IMG/VR virus record: IMGVR_UViG_3300023198_000833
Coordinates: 1-64,000 of that record
Source: a virus
DNA length: 64,000 nt
Direction: 5' to 3' (one strand)
The notes under the pieces were generated by a model that did not search any database, was not told where the DNA came from, and saw only the letters and a program-made list of their open reading frames with translations. The position numbers and the translations under genes were made by a program. Positions 47,413 to 57,681 of this stretch are shown here, one piece after another (the stretch's first letter is position 1; each line of letters starts with the position of its first letter).

Positions 47413-50400
47413 GACGGCCTCAGGGTTAATAAAAAATCTTCAAGGAACATATGTCGACGTTTAGTTCCAGCTTCAGCACCTAAATAATTTACTCCACTTC
47501 TGGAAATATTTTCTATTAGATAAGCATTCGCTCCACCTTTAATAAACAACTCTTGAGTAACGTCGTCTAACGTATCAGTAATATCATTTATTTTTGCCCA
47601 GCCGGTTTTATAATCTACACTTCTGATTCTTAATTGAACTGAGTGATGCGCGATTGTTTGACCAGCCATATGTCTGCCATCGAGTGTTGGCGAATGATCA
47701 TCGACAGCACCTGCATTATTTTCAACATTCATTCCGTCTGGAAGATGCGTCAAATATACTGGCCAACTTTGACTATCTGACGGCAAACTCATTTTACCAA
47801 TGTAGGCTAAGTAAGCTTGCATAATTGCAGCCGGCGAATCTAATAGATAATCAGCGATCTCTCGATCAGTCACCGTAACTACGACTGAATCCGTCAAGCC
47901 AATAGTATCGTAAACGTTGATAAAGAATACAGTACCATTCACCCATTCAGTATAATCTTCGAGTTGTATATTATCGAATACCGAAATATGAAAAACAGGT
48001 AACTGCGTAAGTAAATAATCTGTTACTTGAATATCATCGCCAACTGATATTAAAAACTTATCAAACGCTGTGTTTGAATAATCAGTAACTATTACGTCGT
48101 CATAAACACTGACATATAGTTGGTCTGCTACCTCTGCCTCAATAATTGTAGTGTCAGAAACTTCAATCGAATCGTAAACTTCAATTCGTAAAACAGGAAT
48201 CGAAACATCAGCTACGTCTGTTACTGTGATTGAATCATAAACGCTAATATATAGTTTAGCGGCTGCTTCTGATTCAATGATAATCGTATCGGTTACTTGA
48301 ATCGAATCAAAGACGCTAACTTCATAATGATCAAGCGCAGCACTAATTTCATCTGAAACGATTATGTCGTCATAAGTATTAATTAATAGTACATCAAGTA
48401 AGGTAGTTGTTACATCAGTTACTTGAACTAAATCAAATACATCAATCTCGTATAGATTAAGAGCTAAGTTAACTGACTCAATAACTGTTATGCTGTCGAA
48501 TACGTCAACGTTTAAAATCCCAGCACCTAACAATTGAGCATTAAACGTATCAGATAATCCAATTGTTTCAAAAACATTAATTTCATATAGGTTAAGTGCA
48601 GCGCTAATAGCATCCGATAATCCAATTGAATCGAATACCTCAACTTCGAGTTCGTTAGCTGCATCGCCTAATAGTGCAAGATCGATATAAAAGTTATGCG
48701 TTGGATTGCCAGCTGACGTATGAGCAATCTTTAATCGAATCTTGCCGGCTGAAATATAATCAGGATCGTTAATTAGTACAAAATGATAGTCTTGCTTAGA
48801 TGCTGTCGATGGAAAATCAATCGCATCAGTTGTAACATCTGTCCAATCAAGCGCATTGTAATCCCATTGCTGTAATTTAGTAATATGTGCTGGGTTACCA
48901 TCGTACCAAGCCGCGAGATCTATAACTAAATCTGTATCAGGAACTGCTTCGAATTCTCCAAACTCGAGCTCAATTTCAGAGCCCGGTGTGCCTACTTCCT
49001 CGTTCACAATTAACTCGACACCGTTATTTGAATAAGTATCAACTAACGTGCCAGATTGAATACTCGTTGTAACTGTAATATCTGTAGGCAAGTACCAAGG
49101 AACTACTACCAGCGGAGTTACGTCTTCAGTTACAACGATTGAGTCGAATACGTTAACAAGTAAAATTGGAATCGAAATATCAACTGCATCAGTAACCGTA
49201 ATTGAATCGTAAACATATGCTAACAAAATTGGAATCGAAATATCGACAGCGTCAGTTGCCGCAACTTCATCATAAGCAGCAATTAATAAAATTGGAATCG
49301 AAATATCAACAGCGTCAGTTACTGCAATTGAATCGTAAACATTAATTTCATATAAGTCAAGTGCTAAATCGATCGCCTCAGTAACCGTAATTGAATCAAA
49401 CACATCGATGTTTAAAATTCCAGCACCAACTGCTTGTATATTTAATGCATCTGAAACTCCAATTGAATCGAAAACCGAAGCTAAAAGAACTGGAATTGAA
49501 AGTTCAACCACATCAGATATTTCAATCGTGTCAAAAACTTTGATCGCTAAGAACGGGACTTCAACCGTTTCGGAATCAGTCACACCGATTGAATCGAATA
49601 CATTAACATTAACGAATGGAATATTAACATTAACGTAATCTGTAACTCCAATATTATCAGAGTAAATATCAATATGCTTAATAAGACCTTCAACTTGTGG
49701 AATATTAACGACTGCTAAACCAGCACCGTCCGTTAACGTAACCCAAGCGTTATCGTACTTCCACATCGTATCGTCAGCACCGTTAAGATTCGTCTCATCT
49801 CTTAACCAGTCAACGATCACAGGATCGGTCTTATCAGAAATATCGATTAAAACTAAAGTGTGTCGATACCTGCCAGTGGCAATTGCCCAATTATCATTAA
49901 TAATATCCGGAACATATGCGCCGCTTAATATATCTGCATCTGCGACGTAACCTTCAATGTACATTCCTTCGGGAGCATCTACGTTAATAATATTAAAGCA
50001 TTGTTTTTCAGATGTCGGTAAGGATGGTGACGAACATGCATAAGCTTTACCATTCACTACAATAACGCCGGCGAGACGTTCAAATCTTTTCGTTACGTCG
50101 TCAGTTAAATGCTGACCTAAGCTAATTGTATCTGTTACAGAAACATCAAAAGAAGTTATCCGTTTAGACCATCTACAAGCGGCGAAAATATATCCGTCAT
50201 GATAACCGCAAGATATGATTCCGTTTATATCAGCATCGGGACCGTATGTTGTAATCCAAGTTGGATTTAATGAGTCTGAAATATCATAAGCCGAAAGTCT
50301 TTGACCTTGAAACGCGCATATAAACGCTACTCTTGCTCGACCCCATATATTTCTAACAATCACCGTGCCTGCTGCACCCGTTAATCGATCATTCTCACCG

Positions 50401-52409
50401 GGCCCATCAATTACCGTCGAAACTATTGAAATATTATCGGGGTCTTCAACATCCACCATGTGGATGGCATCTGAATAGATAGTAGTAATAAACGTATGCT
50501 TGCCGTCCGTTTCAACATACTCTATTCCGTTAAGATTAACTGCATCTGGACCGATTTGATCTCTTTCAGTTATCGCTGATATTGTTGAAGAATCCAGCGT
50601 AAAGAAAGAATCTCCAGAAAGGCCAGCGATATGTACAACGTCTCGAAGTACGTCAACCCATCCAGAATCATCAAGATCAACATCAAAGAATGTTCCTGCA
50701 ATTGACATCTGGCCTTGATGTGCAAAGTCTGTTAAGCTAATATCATCATAAACGGAAATCGCTAAGAAAGGAACCTCAACATTTTCAAAATCCGTTAAAG
50801 TAATTGAATCGAATACAGAAACTAAATATAAGTTTAGCGCTACTGTACTCGCATCTGTTACTCCAACTGAATCGAATACATCGATTGCTAAAACATCTGC
50901 TCCCGTTAGTTGTACAGTCTCGACATCAGTTACAGTAATCGAATCGAAGACTGATATTACAAGTACTGGAACTGAAAGCGTAATTGCGTCAGTTACTGCA
51001 ATTGAATCAAATACGTTAATCTCATATAAGTCTAAGGCTAAGTCAACTGCGTCAGTTACTGCAATTGAATCGAATACATTAATCTCATATAAGTCTAAGG
51101 CTAAGTCAACTGCGTCAGTTACTGCAATTGAATCGAATACATTAATTAGTACTATCGGCTCTACTGCAATTTCGATAGTTACAGCTTCTATTACTTGAAC
51201 TGAATCGAATACGTTAACAAGTAAAATCGGAATCGAAATATCAACTACATCGGTGATTCCAACTGAATCAAAAGTATTAATAACTAGAATAGGAATCTCA
51301 AGTATTGGAGTGTCTGATACTCCAATTGAATCAAAAACACTAATACTTAAGCTTGCGGCACCGGCTGCAACCTTAAACGCCACCATCGCATATGCTTCGT
51401 AGAACCACATATCTTTATTGGCGTCTTGACACATCATCCCCATTTGTTGGGCGTTAAATAATGCCTGTGACCAAGCTGTCGGTGTTGCTTCCCAAGTAGA
51501 TGTTTCGTATTCTGCAACCCATGTAGGGTCTTTAGGGTCGTCTAAAGCTGTCATGCCAGACCGGCCAGAAGCATCACGGCCATATATATTATACTCATCA
51601 ACAGAACCGCCGCCTGCAGTTTCATAATAATATAGGAAATTCACCGCTTCAATCGTATCGGAACCACCAATACCAGAAAGATTGCCGGAGCCACAATCAT
51701 CTAAACCAACCGAATAATACTGTGCTACACCATCGGCTTCTGCCCAGTTGTAATCTGTAATGTTCGGCGGGTCTTGGTCTATCTCTGTATATACAGCAGG
51801 CGTGTTGTCTGAATCCTGCCAATCTGACCCTGTTCCTGTGTCTTGGTCTGTACCTTCCGCTACTGGACGGGCGGCTAAAACTCGGATATCTCCGAGGTCA
51901 TCAGTTGAACTTGTATCATCAAAGGATACATCATCCATATTGATGGTTGTACTTGAATTAGAACTTTGACCTATACTTACAGATGAAGCAAAATCCGCCC
52001 CTTGAGCAACTGAGCATATTTCAACCCCATCCATATATAATTTCGTCGTTGAGCCATTAGTAGCAAGGCATAAGCGTTGATGCCCAGATGTAACAACTGT
52101 TTCTGTGGACGTATCAGTAGAACCGTTTACATCAAGTGTCAAAGTATCATCTGTATTTAATGTAACCTTATCTCCACCCGCCGCCCAAAGAATATCTGCT
52201 GCTGTTGAAAGACTTGCACTTGGTCTGATAGACAGATTTATTCTGTTCGGTGCGGACGCTACATTTTTAGTCACATAACCAGTATTACCTGATAGAAGTC
52301 TATAATTTCCAGTGCGGGGAGAAAGACCTGACACTGAAATTGCACCGCTCGACGCATCCCAAGCATCTGTCCCGCCAGCTTCAAAACCATCATGGAAAGT
52401 TAATGCCAT
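47409..52409 (-). CDS. giant repeat-containing virion protein (1666 aa) with dozens of 21-aa xVFDSIxVTDxxxxxxPxLxI repeats
   Basis: Two repeat blocks with DNA-level tandem 63-bp units, e.g. near-identical copies at about 50987-51049 and 51050-51112. The C-terminal 150 aa are homologous to the next gene. Confidence 0.6.
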   Translation of the reverse strand: MALTFHDGFEAGGTDAWDASSGAISVSGLSPRTGNYRLLSGNTGYVTKNVASAPNRINLSIRPSASLSTAADILWAAGGDKVTLNTDDTLTLDVNGSTDTSTETVVTSGHQRLCLATNGSTTKLYMDGVEICSVAQGADFASSVSIGQSSNSSTTINMDDVSFDDTSSTDDLGDIRVLAARPVAEGTDQDTGTGSDWQDSDNTPAVYTEIDQDPPNITDYNWAEADGVAQYYSVGLDDCGSGNLSGIGGSDTIEAVNFLYYYETAGGGSVDEYNIYGRDASGRSGMTALDDPKDPTWVAEYETSTWEATPTAWSQALFNAQQMGMMCQDANKDMWFYEAYAMVAFKVAAGAASLSISVFDSIGVSDTPILEIPILVINTFDSVGITDVVDISIPILLVNVFDSVQVIEAVTIEIAVEPIVLINVFDSIAVTDAVDLALDLYEINVFDSIAVTDAVDLALDLYEINVFDSIAVTDAITLSVPVLVISVFDSITVTDVETVQLTGADVLAIDVFDSVGVTDASTVALNLYLVSVFDSITLTDFENVEVPFLAISVYDDISLTDFAHQGQMSIAGTFFDVDLDDSGWVDVLRDVVHIAGLSGDSFFTLDSSTISAITERDQIGPDAVNLNGIEYVETDGKHTFITTIYSDAIHMVDVEDPDNISIVSTVIDGPGENDRLTGAAGTVIVRNIWGRARVAFICAFQGQRLSAYDISDSLNPTWITTYGPDADINGIISCGYHDGYIFAACRWSKRITSFDVSVTDTISLGQHLTDDVTKRFERLAGVIVVNGKAYACSSPSLPTSEKQCFNIINVDAPEGMYIEGYVADADILSGAYVPDIINDNWAIATGRYRHTLVLIDISDKTDPVIVDWLRDETNLNGADDTMWKYDNAWVTLTDGAGLAVVNIPQVEGLIKHIDIYSDNIGVTDYVNVNIPFVNVNVFDSIGVTDSETVEVPFLAIKVFDTIEISDVVELSIPVLLASVFDSIGVSDALNIQAVGAGILNIDVFDSITVTEAIDLALDLYEINVYDSIAVTDAVDISIPILLIAAYDEVAATDAVDISIPILLAYVYDSITVTDAVDISIPILLVNVFDSIVVTEDVTPLVVVPWYLPTDITVTTSIQSGTLVDTYSNNGVELIVNEEVGTPGSEIELEFGEFEAVPDTDLVIDLAAWYDGNPAHITKLQQWDYNALDWTDVTTDAIDFPSTASKQDYHFVLINDPDYISAGKIRLKIAHTSAGNPTHNFYIDLALLGDAANELEVEVFDSIGLSDAISAALNLYEINVFETIGLSDTFNAQLLGAGILNVDVFDSITVIESVNLALNLYEIDVFDLVQVTDVTTTLLDVLLINTYDDIIVSDEISAALDHYEVSVFDSIQVTDTIIIESEAAAKLYISVYDSITVTDVADVSIPVLRIEVYDSIEVSDTTIIEAEVADQLYVSVYDDVIVTDYSNTAFDKFLISVGDDIQVTDYLLTQLPVFHISVFDNIQLEDYTEWVNGTVFFINVYDTIGLTDSVVVTVTDREIADYLLDSPAAIMQAYLAYIGKMSLPSDSQSWPVYLTHLPDGMNVENNAGAVDDHSPTLDGRHMAGQTIAHHSVQLRIRSVDYKTGWAKINDITDTLDDVTQELFIKGGANAYLIENISRSGVNYLGAEAGTKRRHMFLEDFLLTLRPS

Positions 52410-52410
52410 A

Positions 52411-52842
52411 TTACCACCATTCCCCTGTAATAGGGCCAGCCTGTTTATTCTGAATCCTAATATTAAAACTTAAAGGACTGGCGGTGTAAATATGAACGGC
52501 AATATATGTTTTGATAGCTATGAAATCGCTACCGTCTACGTATTCATACGGCAGCAATACAGGCGGGACTTCTAATGCTCTATCGTCTGGTTCTAAATCA
52601 GCTAACGGAATGATTGTTGAAAATGCCGGTTGGAGTTGCAACCATTCGTTGAACTTATCTTCTTTCTTTTTGAGATTACCTGATACACCGGCAAGGCGAC
52701 CTTGGATATTCAGCTTCGATTCGACAAAAGACGCTCCATCCGTCAAAGCAATATCAATCCCATCCTCAAAATTTATGCTTCTTACTGGCGGCATATTGGA
52801 TACTCCCTGCAAATCTGTGGACGAGTTGTGTATATAACGCAA
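52411..52842 (-). CDS. hypothetical protein (143 aa)
   Basis: ORF only. Confidence 0.3.
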   Translation of the reverse strand: MRYIHNSSTDLQGVSNMPPVRSINFEDGIDIALTDGASFVESKLNIQGRLAGVSGNLKKKEDKFNEWLQLQPAFSTIIPLADLEPDDRALEVPPVLLPYEYVDGSDFIAIKTYIAVHIYTASPLSFNIRIQNKQAGPITGEWW

Positions 52843-53060
52843 TCTTTGTTAGGAGCAATAAACGGACAGAGGCCACCTTTGTGTTTTTTCCGTATTATAA
52901 ATGGCATTTTCTTTTCAATCATATACGCTCTTGTTTTTGGATTACCAACATTCTGTATCGGAGTCACGACTTGCCAAAGTCTCGGCTCTCGATTCATATC
53001 TTCAAGAGTTAAGGTAACTCCAGTCCCACGACAACACTTTCCGCATTTTTTACACGGCAT
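52782..53060 (-). CDS. Cys-rich metal-binding protein (YkgJ/UPF0153-like)
   Basis: CKKCGKCC ... CPFIAPNKDC ... CREYPIC. Confidence 0.4.
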   Translation of the reverse strand: MPCKKCGKCCRGTGVTLTLEDMNREPRLWQVVTPIQNVGNPKTRAYMIEKKMPFIIRKKHKGGLCPFIAPNKDCVIYTTRPQICREYPICRQ

Positions 53061-53069
53061 CTTTACTCC

Positions 53070-53867
53070 TTATGCCGGATATTGTCTTCCAGTACTTAAA
53101 TCAATATGTTTGCAAAAGATGTTTGTATCGCATAGAAACGGATATTTCTTTCGACCGATTTTCGGCCAGCCCGCTCGAGCAATAACTTTTTCTTTAATTA
53201 CGCGATGACACCATGCTAAGTCTGACGTACCGCTACCGGATGCGAATGATTTTGTTTCTTGATCAAAGTACATCTTAGCTGGAGTTTCAAATATCTTCTT
53301 TGTTACTTTTTTACCTAACGTCTCATACGGCTCACTTTCATCCCACATGATTTTAATAATCTTAGAATGAATTAATAGAAAGCCGGTCGGTACGCCGTCA
53401 GCCCATACTTTCTGACCAACTTTAAAATTATCGTAACAACCATTACCTAAACCGCGATATAAAATCGGCTCAGTATAGTTGCCCTTGATATAATATAGTC
53501 CACTTACAACCGGCACACTTTCATCTCGCATATACTGATTCAATTGTAGTAATGCGTCGTGCGGTGGGACTACGTCATCTTCCCAAAGTAAAAGCCATTC
53601 ATAGCCTTTTGCAACAACATCTTCACAGCCTAAATTTTGAGCATCTGCTACAAGGTAATGCATGGGCACTGTGCAGCCGATACCGAGTGAGGCGCTTGAT
53701 GCAGACCAGTTAGGCGGGGTCACTTGCCCGTATCGAGCCATGACCCATTCCATACGAACTTGTCCAAGAGTTGGAGTTACAATCAACAACCGTACGCGTG
53801 GGTTGCCATTTTTGCCGCTCTTAAGAATTGTCGTATACTCTGACATTTTAGGAGTTCGTTTTTTCAT
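53070..53867 (-). CDS. putative GT-A-like glycosyltransferase (265 aa)
   Basis: LLLWEDDVVPPHD DxD-like segment. Weak. Confidence 0.3.
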   Translation of the reverse strand: MKKRTPKMSEYTTILKSGKNGNPRVRLLIVTPTLGQVRMEWVMARYGQVTPPNWSASSASLGIGCTVPMHYLVADAQNLGCEDVVAKGYEWLLLWEDDVVPPHDALLQLNQYMRDESVPVVSGLYYIKGNYTEPILYRGLGNGCYDNFKVGQKVWADGVPTGFLLIHSKIIKIMWDESEPYETLGKKVTKKIFETPAKMYFDQETKSFASGSGTSDLAWCHRVIKEKVIARAGWPKIGRKKYPFLCDTNIFCKHIDLSTGRQYPA

Positions 53868-54136
53868 GATTTAGATTTATCCCTCGTAATGATTTCGACA
53901 TTACACACATCAGTTAATTTAACTGCACTGCCGGGTATATTATTATTTTTTGCCGGCATTACAACTAACTTCGCGTGCGTCGTAACTAATACTCCTTTCG
54001 TGTGCGTCGGATCAGGATTTTTTAAACACGTATTAATATGTTCATCTAAATCGGCTTCGTCTTTACAACGAACTTTACACATTCCACAAACCCATACTTC
54101 GAGTCCCATTCTAATTCTCCGTAACTGCGTCGTCAT
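53864..54136 (-). CDS. small zinc-ribbon protein (90 aa)
   Basis: CGMCKVRC ... H..C Cys cluster. Confidence 0.3.
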   Translation of the reverse strand: MTTQLRRIRMGLEVWVCGMCKVRCKDEADLDEHINTCLKNPDPTHTKGVLVTTHAKLVVMPAKNNNIPGSAVKLTDVCNVEIITRDKSKS

Positions 54137-54668
54137 CTTTAACTTTTTTAACTTCGGGCAATATTGGATTACCCTTCTTATCTTTTCTCGGTTCCATAAT
54201 TAATTCAAGGCAACCGTTCATACAGAAAATGTTCCGAACTATTTTCCAAGGTAACGGTTTTCTGTAACTGCACGAATGCCATAACTGATAGTCAGGATCG
54301 AAAAATTGAAATGTTGCTTCGTTAGGACACATATAATGAGCTGGATGAGCAGCTTCTAAAAAACTGCCAGCATATGGGCAAGATAATAAAAGCTGTCCAT
54401 CGTGTCTCATGATTCGCCATACTTCATCCATTAACTCGAATCTGTATTTTGGTTCAATATGTTCCCAAACGTGAGACATCAAAACTTGAAAACAGATATC
54501 ATCCGGAATCGGTTTCCACGGCATCTTTTGAATATCCCACACAATATCGACATTAGGATGATTCATTATATCCATGCCGATGAAACGCGGCTGTTTAAAC
54601 AATCCACAGCCGACATCAAGCTTAATGCCTTTCGCTTTTTGAAATAAATGTTTATGTGTTTTTGACAT
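54111..54668 (-). CDS. class I SAM-dependent methyltransferase
   Basis: KLDVGCGLFKQPRFIGMDI motif I. Confidence 0.5.
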   Translation of the reverse strand: MSKTHKHLFQKAKGIKLDVGCGLFKQPRFIGMDIMNHPNVDIVWDIQKMPWKPIPDDICFQVLMSHVWEHIEPKYRFELMDEVWRIMRHDGQLLLSCPYAGSFLEAAHPAHYMCPNEATFQFFDPDYQLWHSCSYRKPLPWKIVRNIFCMNGCLELIMEPRKDKKGNPILPEVKKVKDDDAVTEN

Positions 54669-54694
54669 TGTACTAATCGTTCTCCGTAATTTGA

Positions 54695-55261
54695 TTATGT
54701 AGTCGAGTACCTCAGCTCGTAGGTACAGTTCACATCTTGATCAGTCGTTATAGCTGAAGATGCAAACGTGTTACCTGCAATAATCGTTCCAGTTGACGCT
54801 GCAAAGATACCAATATTTGAAAGTGTGGCCGCATCCAAAGTACCGTCAAAAGATACAGTCATACGTGCGGTTAAACTTGCAATCACAGCGCTTTGAGCAA
54901 AAGCTGAATAATATTTTGACAGGCTCTGATGTAATGCAACTGCATCACTGGCTGGAACAGTGCCGCTGCCTAACAAAATGCCAGCTGCTTGTACAGACCC
55001 AGCGCCGATCGGCGCCGCGACAATACAACTGTTCAAACCGTAATTAGTGATCTGATTTTCCATGAAGCCAGTATCACCAACTATCTTACGCGTTTTCCTA
55101 TCTACAAGTTGAAGGCGCGTAAAACCTTTAACTGCGACTCTACTTTTTGTCTTCATTTTTACTCCTAAATTAAATACCTGCGTAAACCGCAACAATTCGT
55201 AACATCTCTTTACGTTTCTCTCGAGCTGGGCGTTCCAAGTATTTAGCTTGCTGATTTTCAC
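54695..55261 (-). CDS. virion structural protein (188 aa, Gly/Ala/Ser/Thr-rich)
   Basis: Composition and position. Confidence 0.3.
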   Translation of the reverse strand: MKISKLNTWNAQLERNVKRCYELLRFTQVFNLGVKMKTKSRVAVKGFTRLQLVDRKTRKIVGDTGFMENQITNYGLNSCIVAAPIGAGSVQAAGILLGSGTVPASDAVALHQSLSKYYSAFAQSAVIASLTARMTVSFDGTLDAATLSNIGIFAASTGTIIAGNTFASSAITTDQDVNCTYELRYSTT

Positions 55262-55619
55262 CGCGGTTAAACATTCCGCCTTCAGCAGTACGTGCTCGGG
55301 ACGATGCGTTCAAAATCTCATCCCGATGTTTCTCATTAAATTTACGTCCATGGGCTTTTGTTAAATCTTCGTGAACATAGACTGCATACTCTGCTGTGAA
55401 CCCAACAACAACATCTGTACTAAGTCCAGAACCGAATCGCCGAGTGAAAGCGGTATCTTTTAAGTTTCCTGTTTGAACAGGAACCATTTTCATACTTTCA
55501 CGTTGCAGAAATAAGCCAGCATAGGTTAGGCCGACTCCAGCTCGATCGGCGATTTGATTCTTGGCCTTAGACAGTCGTTCCAGTAATTCAGGAATGCCTT
55601 TTAATTCAAGCATTTTCAT
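55170..55619 (-). CDS. head-tail joining region protein (149 aa)
   Basis: Position. The start is probably downstream of the listed one, which overlaps the next gene. Confidence 0.3.
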   Translation of the reverse strand: MKMLELKGIPELLERLSKAKNQIADRAGVGLTYAGLFLQRESMKMVPVQTGNLKDTAFTRRFGSGLSTDVVVGFTAEYAVYVHEDLTKAHGRKFNEKHRDEILNASSRARTAEGGMFNRGENQQAKYLERPAREKRKEMLRIVAVYAGI

Positions 55620-56065
55620 AAATAAGCAATCCTTAAAAACTTATCTGCTTTTAATGTGGGTATTTTGTCAAAGCGTTTAATCTCCCAAGCTCCTGCATTG
55701 TTTTTAGGGATTACTAAATCGCTTACGTCAACTAACGCGCTTAACAGTAATGCTCCGCCGGGCCTAACATCTTGCCCAACGTAAACTAATGAATGGGATA
55801 ATTCACGCGTCCCATTCGCATTAATAAACTCTTCTGATTTATCTTCCCAACGACATAGAAGTTCAACAGGAGTAGCATACAGCGGTTGACCGTAATCATC
55901 GAAGTCAGCCCCACCAGATGCTTCTGAACCCGGCGGCCAATATACTGCAGTCTGTTTTCGCATCGTTGTTAAGATTCTCATAGAGAGCCCGCCGCTTTCA
56001 AAAGTGCAACTATTACGCCGCCACTGGCGAGCCCGCTGCCAATTGCAATACCAATAGAGACGCAC
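55616..56065 (-). CDS. head-tail joining region protein (149 aa)
   Basis: Position. Confidence 0.3.
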   Translation of the reverse strand: MRLYWYCNWQRARQWRRNSCTFESGGLSMRILTTMRKQTAVYWPPGSEASGGADFDDYGQPLYATPVELLCRWEDKSEEFINANGTRELSHSLVYVGQDVRPGGALLLSALVDVSDLVIPKNNAGAWEIKRFDKIPTLKADKFLRIAYL

Positions 56066-56183
56066 ATCATTTTTAATATACTACGACCATGCGGGCAAGA
56101 TTGTATATGCAGTTGAAGAACTTCAGCTACAATCTCTCTGGCCAACTCCTTGCAAGTATTCTTGTCACCGTTGTCTAGCATAC

Positions 56184-56585
56184 TTAATCCTCAAGGTCCT
56201 CTTTTTCGGTTCCTAAAGACGTAACGCTTACAGGAATCGCGCCGCCTTTTTTCGATTGCTGATTTAAAGTAGACAGAGCCCCAGACCAATCTAAACGCAT
56301 CGCCATTTGACCGTAGTGACTTAAGTCAAAACCTAAATCAACTTTGCTTTGGTACCGTGCGCTAACTTGACCAGCTCGTTCTTCAGAAGCTCTTGCTTTA
56401 TACATCGCATAGAAGTGAGCTGCTAGCCACCGTTCAATTATTTCTAAATCAGTAACTGTAAAGTCAGCATGCGTACAATTTTTGGTCACAATAACATTAG
56501 CTGCTTCAATGAACGGAGTTAAATCATCTCCAACATCAACTTCAATAATCGCTGAAACAGCTATGCTTGTAGTTCGTGTGGCCAT
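56184..56585 (-). CDS. head completion/adaptor-like protein (133 aa)
   Basis: Position. Confidence 0.3.
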   Translation of the reverse strand: MATRTTSIAVSAIIEVDVGDDLTPFIEAANVIVTKNCTHADFTVTDLEIIERWLAAHFYAMYKARASEERAGQVSARYQSKVDLGFDLSHYGQMAMRLDWSGALSTLNQQSKKGGAIPVSVTSLGTEKEDLED

Positions 56586-56588
56586 GTC

Positions 56589-57041
56589 CTATCCTTTCGG
56601 CGGTAATCCACGTAGACCTCGGATGACGTTTTCGAGCACCTTATTATCGATACCCGCAATATCCAGTCCTTTTATAAGTAAAGGTTCTAGATGCTTCCAA
56701 TCTTCAGGGTAATCTTTCTTTAAGGCGTCGATTGCATCAACCATTGAACCTGCGACAGTGTTAGCTACCTCAGCTTTATTTTGAGCTTCAACGTATCGCG
56801 GTTTTAATTTTCGCCAAACGCCTAACGCCGCTAAAAGAGCTGAACCTGCAATTGTTACACTGGGTCCAAACAGAGGTGTTAAAAGCGTAAGCACTCCTGC
56901 TGTACCTTCGACTCCAGCCTCTACTTGAATCGCAGTATTCGGATCAACGGAATAAGTCTTTTCGCCGGACTCATCTGTTGCAACATTACAGCTAACTAAT
57001 AGCAGCAACGGTAAGACGGTTATTAGTAATAACTTTCGCAT
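56589..57041 (-). CDS. predicted lipoprotein
   Basis: MRKLLLITVLPLLLLVSC signal peptide with a lipobox (LVSC). The start is trimmed to this Met to avoid overlap. Confidence 0.45.
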   Translation of the reverse strand: MRKLLLITVLPLLLLVSCNVATDESGEKTYSVDPNTAIQVEAGVEGTAGVLTLLTPLFGPSVTIAGSALLAALGVWRKLKPRYVEAQNKAEVANTVAGSMVDAIDALKKDYPEDWKHLEPLLIKGLDIAGIDNKVLENVIRGLRGLPPKG

Positions 57042-57681
57042 ACTTATTCCTTTCTTGCCAAAAGGCGTCAAAGTCTAATTTTGTAAAAAGATTTAAACTA
57101 CTTTTCTTTGTCACGTTTAAAATTCGACAGTTAGGAAATTTTTTCAAATCTTTTCTTACATGAATAAACGCTGACACCATTCGAGCATAAACATCAGAGC
57201 CCGGTTTATCAATTAGGTGGTTATGCCAATTAGGCTTTCCATTGTTATCAAGGAACATGTCAAAACCTAAAAGATAAATCGTTGACGCCCCTAACATTAA
57301 AGCTAAGTTAATCGCCGCGGCTCCCGTGTTAGCATTATAGCCTAAGGTCTCGATTCCTAATCCTCTAACCTTACGAGGAATATACTTTAACCAAGGCTCT
57401 TTACGATTACGTAACTGATCATCGTTTGTTACGATCGGATTTGGAAATTTTGAAAGTTCTTCATAGAAGCCCCACCGCGGTTCATCGCTATCAAATATAA
57501 ATCCTTTATCACAAAATATGCAAATGTTGCATACTTTAGGACCTAATCTGAAAGCATTATTACAACCGATAGTATTCTCGTGCTCCAGTACAGACCAATC
57601 AAAATTTCGAAGAGAGGTACCGCCACCTATAATAAAGCAATCTTGATCTTGCCAAATTTTTTCAGGTTTCCATTGAGGCAT
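56992..57681 (-). CDS. second CstII/GT42-like (MptE/DUF115 clan) putative glycosyltransferase
   Basis: CFIIGGGTSLRNFDW and GAAAINLALMLGASTIYLLGFDMF...NWHNH parallel 35545..36192. Confidence 0.5.
   Translation of the reverse strand: MPQWKPEKIWQDQDCFIIGGGTSLRNFDWSVLEHENTIGCNNAFRLGPKVCNICIFCDKGFIFDSDEPRWGFYEELSKFPNPIVTNDDQLRNRKEPWLKYIPRKVRGLGIETLGYNANTGAAAINLALMLGASTIYLLGFDMFLDNNGKPNWHNHLIDKPGSDVYARMVSAFIHVRKDLKKFPNCRILNVTKKSSLNLFTKLDFDAFWQERNKYAKVITNNRLTVAAIS

Noticed and set aside
55978-56181. 67-aa minus-strand ORF with a hydrophobic C-terminus as a holin.
   Set aside because: It overlaps the 5' end of 55616..56065 in another frame, there is no neighbouring lysis gene, and it has no SD. Likely spurious.
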